Positions 29,181 through 32,000 of a stretch of DNA of 32,000 bases are shown one piece after another. The stretch covers positions 1,650,001 to 1,682,000 of the forward strand of contig FP565575.1 of the NCBI GenBank assembly GCA_000091165.1, written 5' to 3'. The notes beneath the pieces were generated by a model. It did not search any database and had not been told where the DNA came from. It worked only from the letters and a program-made list of their open reading frames with translations. The DNA is from Candidatus Methylomirabilis oxygeniifera. Lineage in GTDB: Bacteria > Methylomirabilota > Methylomirabilia > Methylomirabilales > Methylomirabilaceae. The position numbers and the translations under genes were made by a program. Each line of letters opens with the position of its first letter. The stretch's first letter is position 1.

Positions 29181-29267
29181 TCATTCCTGCAAAAGCAGGA
29201 ATCCAGAACTCTTATTATTTCCTGGATTCCGGCTCGCGCCCGCTCTCCGGGCCTGGTCGGAATGACG
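29181..29267. repeat. Palindromic intergenic element (CGTCATTCCTGC...GGAATGACG)
   Basis: Terminal arms CGTCATTCC / GGAATGACG, inner GCAGGAATCCAG / CTGGATTCC; absent from the paralogous locus at about 4.05 kb. Confidence 0.75.
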
Positions 29268-29340
29268 TCGGGAAAATATGCAACGAATTTCAAAAACAGG
29301 ACAGTAGCCGATCGGGGCAATAGACATAAACAGGCGTAGC

Positions 29341-29649
29341 GTGAGAAAGTCCACACTCTTTTTATTTGCCGTATCGACGGAAGTGGTCGTGCTGGGCCTG
29401 CTCCTGGTCCATGCGTCACTGAGCGAGCAGGCCCGGCACGCCAGCCTCCGACAGAATGCCGAAATGGTGAGACGCCTCGGCCTGACCGATCTCGCCCTTT
29501 TTCCGGAGGCCCGATACACGAGACATCTGTCCCAGGCGGACTGGCATTCCGCGTTCCAGGACCATCCGCTCTCCCTCGAACACTTTCCTTCCGGTTCGTT
29601 GACGCTGCCGCCGAAAGACGTATGGTCAAACAATGCGCGCCTGGATTGA
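29341..29649 (+). CDS. Small (102 aa) exported or membrane-anchored protein
   Basis: MRKSTLFLFAVSTEVVVLGLLLVHASLSEQARHASLRQNAEMVRRLGLTDLALFPEARYTRHLSQADWHSAFQDHPLSLE; overlaps the permease start by 17 nt. Confidence 0.7.
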   Translation: MRKSTLFLFAVSTEVVVLGLLLVHASLSEQARHASLRQNAEMVRRLGLTDLALFPEARYTRHLSQADWHSAFQDHPLSLEHFPSGSLTLPPKDVWSNNARLD

Positions 29650-30877
29650 GAAACAACGATATCTGATCGACTTTACCCTCTCCTCGTTTCTGAGGCGAAA
29701 GGTCAAGAACGTCGGCCTGTTGATCCTGTACACGCTGATCGTCTTCATCCTCGCCTCGGTCATGTTCTTCACCTACACGATCAAAAAAGAAGCGTCGGTC
29801 ATCCTTCGCGCATCCCCGGAAATCGTTGTTCAGAAGATGCTAGCGGGAAGACATGATGTATTCCCCGTCGGTTACATCGACCGCCTGAAAACCATTCGCG
29901 GGGTCGCCTCGGCGGAGGGCCGCCTCTGGGGCTATTACTTCGACCGGCATGTCGCAGCCAACTATACCTTCCTTGTCCCTTCAATGTCGGCCCTGGACGA
30001 CACTGACGACACTATTGATGCCGAAGACCAGGAGTCTCTCGAATTTGACGCCTCATCCGTCGAGCCGCTCTATCAACTCGATCTGACGGCGTTGATACCG
30101 GGCACCATCATCATCGGACAAGGAATTGCACGCATTCGACATGCAAGCGTCGGCGATTCCCTCTTCTTTCTCGCGTTCGACGGCACCGTGTTGGATTTAC
30201 GGATCGGCGGTTTTTTGTCCTCCAGATCGGAACTGGTGTCGTCCGATCTCATCTTGACGACCGAGGCGGACTTTCGACGGCTGTTTGGAATCCCTCACGA
30301 CGCCGTAACGGACGTTACCGTATCGGTTCGAAACCCGAGAGAGATTCCAACTATTGCCGGGAAGATCGCGCGACTTCTGCCCGATGCCCGGCCCATTACT
30401 CGGGACGAAATCCTGAGAACCTACGATTCAATCTTTAATTGGCGCGGGGGAATGATGCTCGTCATCCTGGCCTCCGCCGTACTCGCGTTTGTCATCTTTG
30501 CATGGGACAAGGCCTCCGGCTTGAGCGCCGGGGAGAAACAGGAAATCGGCATTCTCAAGGCCATCGGCTGGGAAACCTCGGACATTATCGAGATGAAGTT
30601 CTGGGAAGGAGCGGTGGTGTCGCTGACCGCCTTCTTCACCGGGGTCATCCTGGCCTATCTCCACGTCTTCTTTTTCTCGTCGGTGGTGTTTGAGCCGGCC
30701 CTCAAAGGATGGTCGACCCTCTACCCGCAATTTCATCTGACTCCATTTATCGACGTCGGACAACTGACCACGCTCTTCTTCCTGACGGTAGTCCCCTATA
30801 CCGCCGCCACCATCGTGCCGGTCTGGCGCGCCGCAACAATCGATCCCGATACGGCGATGCGCCGCACAGGGGAGTAA
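29633..30877 (+). CDS. ABC transporter permease, FtsX-like
   Basis: N-terminal TM, ~250-aa extracytoplasmic domain, C-terminal TMs: GEKQEIGILKAIGWETSDIIEMKFWEGAVVSLTAFFTGVILAYLHVFFF. Confidence 0.87.
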   Translation: MRAWIEKQRYLIDFTLSSFLRRKVKNVGLLILYTLIVFILASVMFFTYTIKKEASVILRASPEIVVQKMLAGRHDVFPVGYIDRLKTIRGVASAEGRLWGYYFDRHVAANYTFLVPSMSALDDTDDTIDAEDQESLEFDASSVEPLYQLDLTALIPGTIIIGQGIARIRHASVGDSLFFLAFDGTVLDLRIGGFLSSRSELVSSDLILTTEADFRRLFGIPHDAVTDVTVSVRNPREIPTIAGKIARLLPDARPITRDEILRTYDSIFNWRGGMMLVILASAVLAFVIFAWDKASGLSAGEKQEIGILKAIGWETSDIIEMKFWEGAVVSLTAFFTGVILAYLHVFFFSSVVFEPALKGWSTLYPQFHLTPFIDVGQLTTLFFLTVVPYTAATIVPVWRAATIDPDTAMRRTGE

Positions 30878-30880
30878 CCG

Positions 30881-31561
30881 GTGATCGAACTGATCAACGT
30901 CACAAAAACCTTTAATGCCGGAACGCCGAGCGAATGTTCCGCTTTGAACGGGATTACCTTGACGATCAGCGACAAGATGGCGACGGTACTGGTCGGTCCA
31001 AGCGGGTCCGGCAAAACGACGCTGCTCACCATCATCGGCTGTATGGCAAGACCATCGGCCGGCCGCGTCACGCTCAACGGACGGGAAATTACCTCGCTCC
31101 CGGAACGGTTTCTGACCGAGATTCGACGCAAGACCTTCGGGTTCATTTTTCAGCAGCCGAACCTGATCAAAGGCATCACCGCGCTGGAGAATGTCATGTT
31201 GCCGGCGTACCCGGCCGGAACGGAACACGCGGCGCTCCGGGAACAGGCAATACGACTGCTCCAAGGGCTTCAGCTTTCCGAGAAGGCGGCATCGAAGGTC
31301 GAGTGGCTCTCCGGTGGGGAGGCGCAACGGGTCTCCATCGCCAGGGCGTTGATCAACAATCCGTCCGCCATTATTGCCGACGAGCCGACCGCGCACCTTG
31401 ACACAAGCTTGTCCCGCCGGTTTTTAGAGATTGTGGAGCGGTTCAAGGCGGAGGGGAAAACGATCTTGATGACCAGCCATGATCCGCTGATCTATCAGTC
31501 TCGCGTCGTCGATCGCGTGGTGCGGCTTCGAGATGGAAAGGTCGAAGAGGCAGGAGGATGA
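30881..31561 (+). CDS. ABC transporter ATP-binding protein (LolD/MacB-like)
   Basis: GPSGSGKTTLLTIIGCM, LSGGEAQRVSIARALI, AIIADEPTAHLD. Confidence 0.92.
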   Translation: MIELINVTKTFNAGTPSECSALNGITLTISDKMATVLVGPSGSGKTTLLTIIGCMARPSAGRVTLNGREITSLPERFLTEIRRKTFGFIFQQPNLIKGITALENVMLPAYPAGTEHAALREQAIRLLQGLQLSEKAASKVEWLSGGEAQRVSIARALINNPSAIIADEPTAHLDTSLSRRFLEIVERFKAEGKTILMTSHDPLIYQSRVVDRVVRLRDGKVEEAGG

Positions 31562-32000
31562 TTCTCCACCCGGCAGTCATCGCCAATGTCGTGTCCTCTT
31601 TGATTATCAGCGTCACGATCGTGTATGCGGCGGTGTACGGCGTACAGATTCTGTTGAAGTGGGATCTTCAAAGCGGCGATGAACTTCAGTTGCGTCTCGA
31701 ACGACGGACGTATCTGATTTCAACCCTGCTGAGCTTTATTTTAGTCCTGGAGCTGACGTCGCTGTTTCTCTTCGTCTTTACCGCGGATACCCTCTGCCCG
31801 CTCTTCGTCGGCGCCATGTGCGCGGCTGGAACGCTGAACGTGAATGCGTTCGGCTACCCCACCCTGTTGATGAAAATGGTCAATTTTCTTCTCGCCGGGC
31901 TCTGGCTTGTCCTCAATTATGCCGACAACCAGGCGTACGATTATCCGCTGATCAAAAAAAAATATCTGCTGCTGGCCGTCATCGCGCCGCTGAGCGTCCT
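31558..32000 (+). CDS. Multi-spanning membrane protein (3' end outside window)
   Basis: ATGA overlap with the ATPase. Frame open to the window end: MILHPAVIANVVSSLIISVTIVYAAVYGVQILLKWDLQSGDELQLRLERRTYLISTLLSFILVLELTSLFLFVFTADTLCPLFVGAMCAAGTLNVNAFGYPTLLMK... Confidence 0.7.
   Translation, partial: MILHPAVIANVVSSLIISVTIVYAAVYGVQILLKWDLQSGDELQLRLERRTYLISTLLSFILVLELTSLFLFVFTADTLCPLFVGAMCAAGTLNVNAFGYPTLLMKMVNFLLAGLWLVLNYADNQAYDYPLIKKKYLLLAVIAPLSV

Overview
This 32 kb bacterial window is rich in envelope, efflux and metal-handling genes. In order it contains: the 3' end of a TonB-dependent receptor and a PepSY-type membrane protein; a Spy/CpxP-like Gly/Met-rich secreted protein followed by two truncated ORFs; an HlyD/FtsX-type permease/ATPase export system; an ECF sigma/anti-sigma pair; a 65-aa membrane microprotein; a secreted protein with two near-identical YHS-like Cys domains; and a TolC/adaptor/RND efflux operon. 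It continues with a frameshifted nucleotidyltransferase-like remnant, a 70-aa paralogue of the microprotein, and a cluster of radical SAM, ZIP, methyltransferase, thiamine-binding-like, ZIP and a CDF + metallo-beta-lactamase fusion gene. It ends with a minus-strand SBBP-repeat protein and a second envelope-stress-like locus (DUF2946-like small protein, Spy-like, cytochrome c', Spy-like, small exported protein, FtsX-like permease, ATPase, membrane protein). The most notable observations are these. (1) The locus at about 2.99-4.57 kb looks like a decayed paralogous copy of the locus at 27.56-29.8 kb. The similarity includes a conserved ~110-nt non-coding block and a radical-SAM-like N-terminal mini-ORF directly upstream of each Spy-like gene. 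(2) A whole small transcription unit (leader, microprotein, terminator) is duplicated at 9.3 and 18.3 kb. (3) There is an in-frame CDF/MBL fusion. (4) There is a recent in-frame 201-bp domain duplication in the YHS-like protein. All calls are from reading the sequence; no database search was run.
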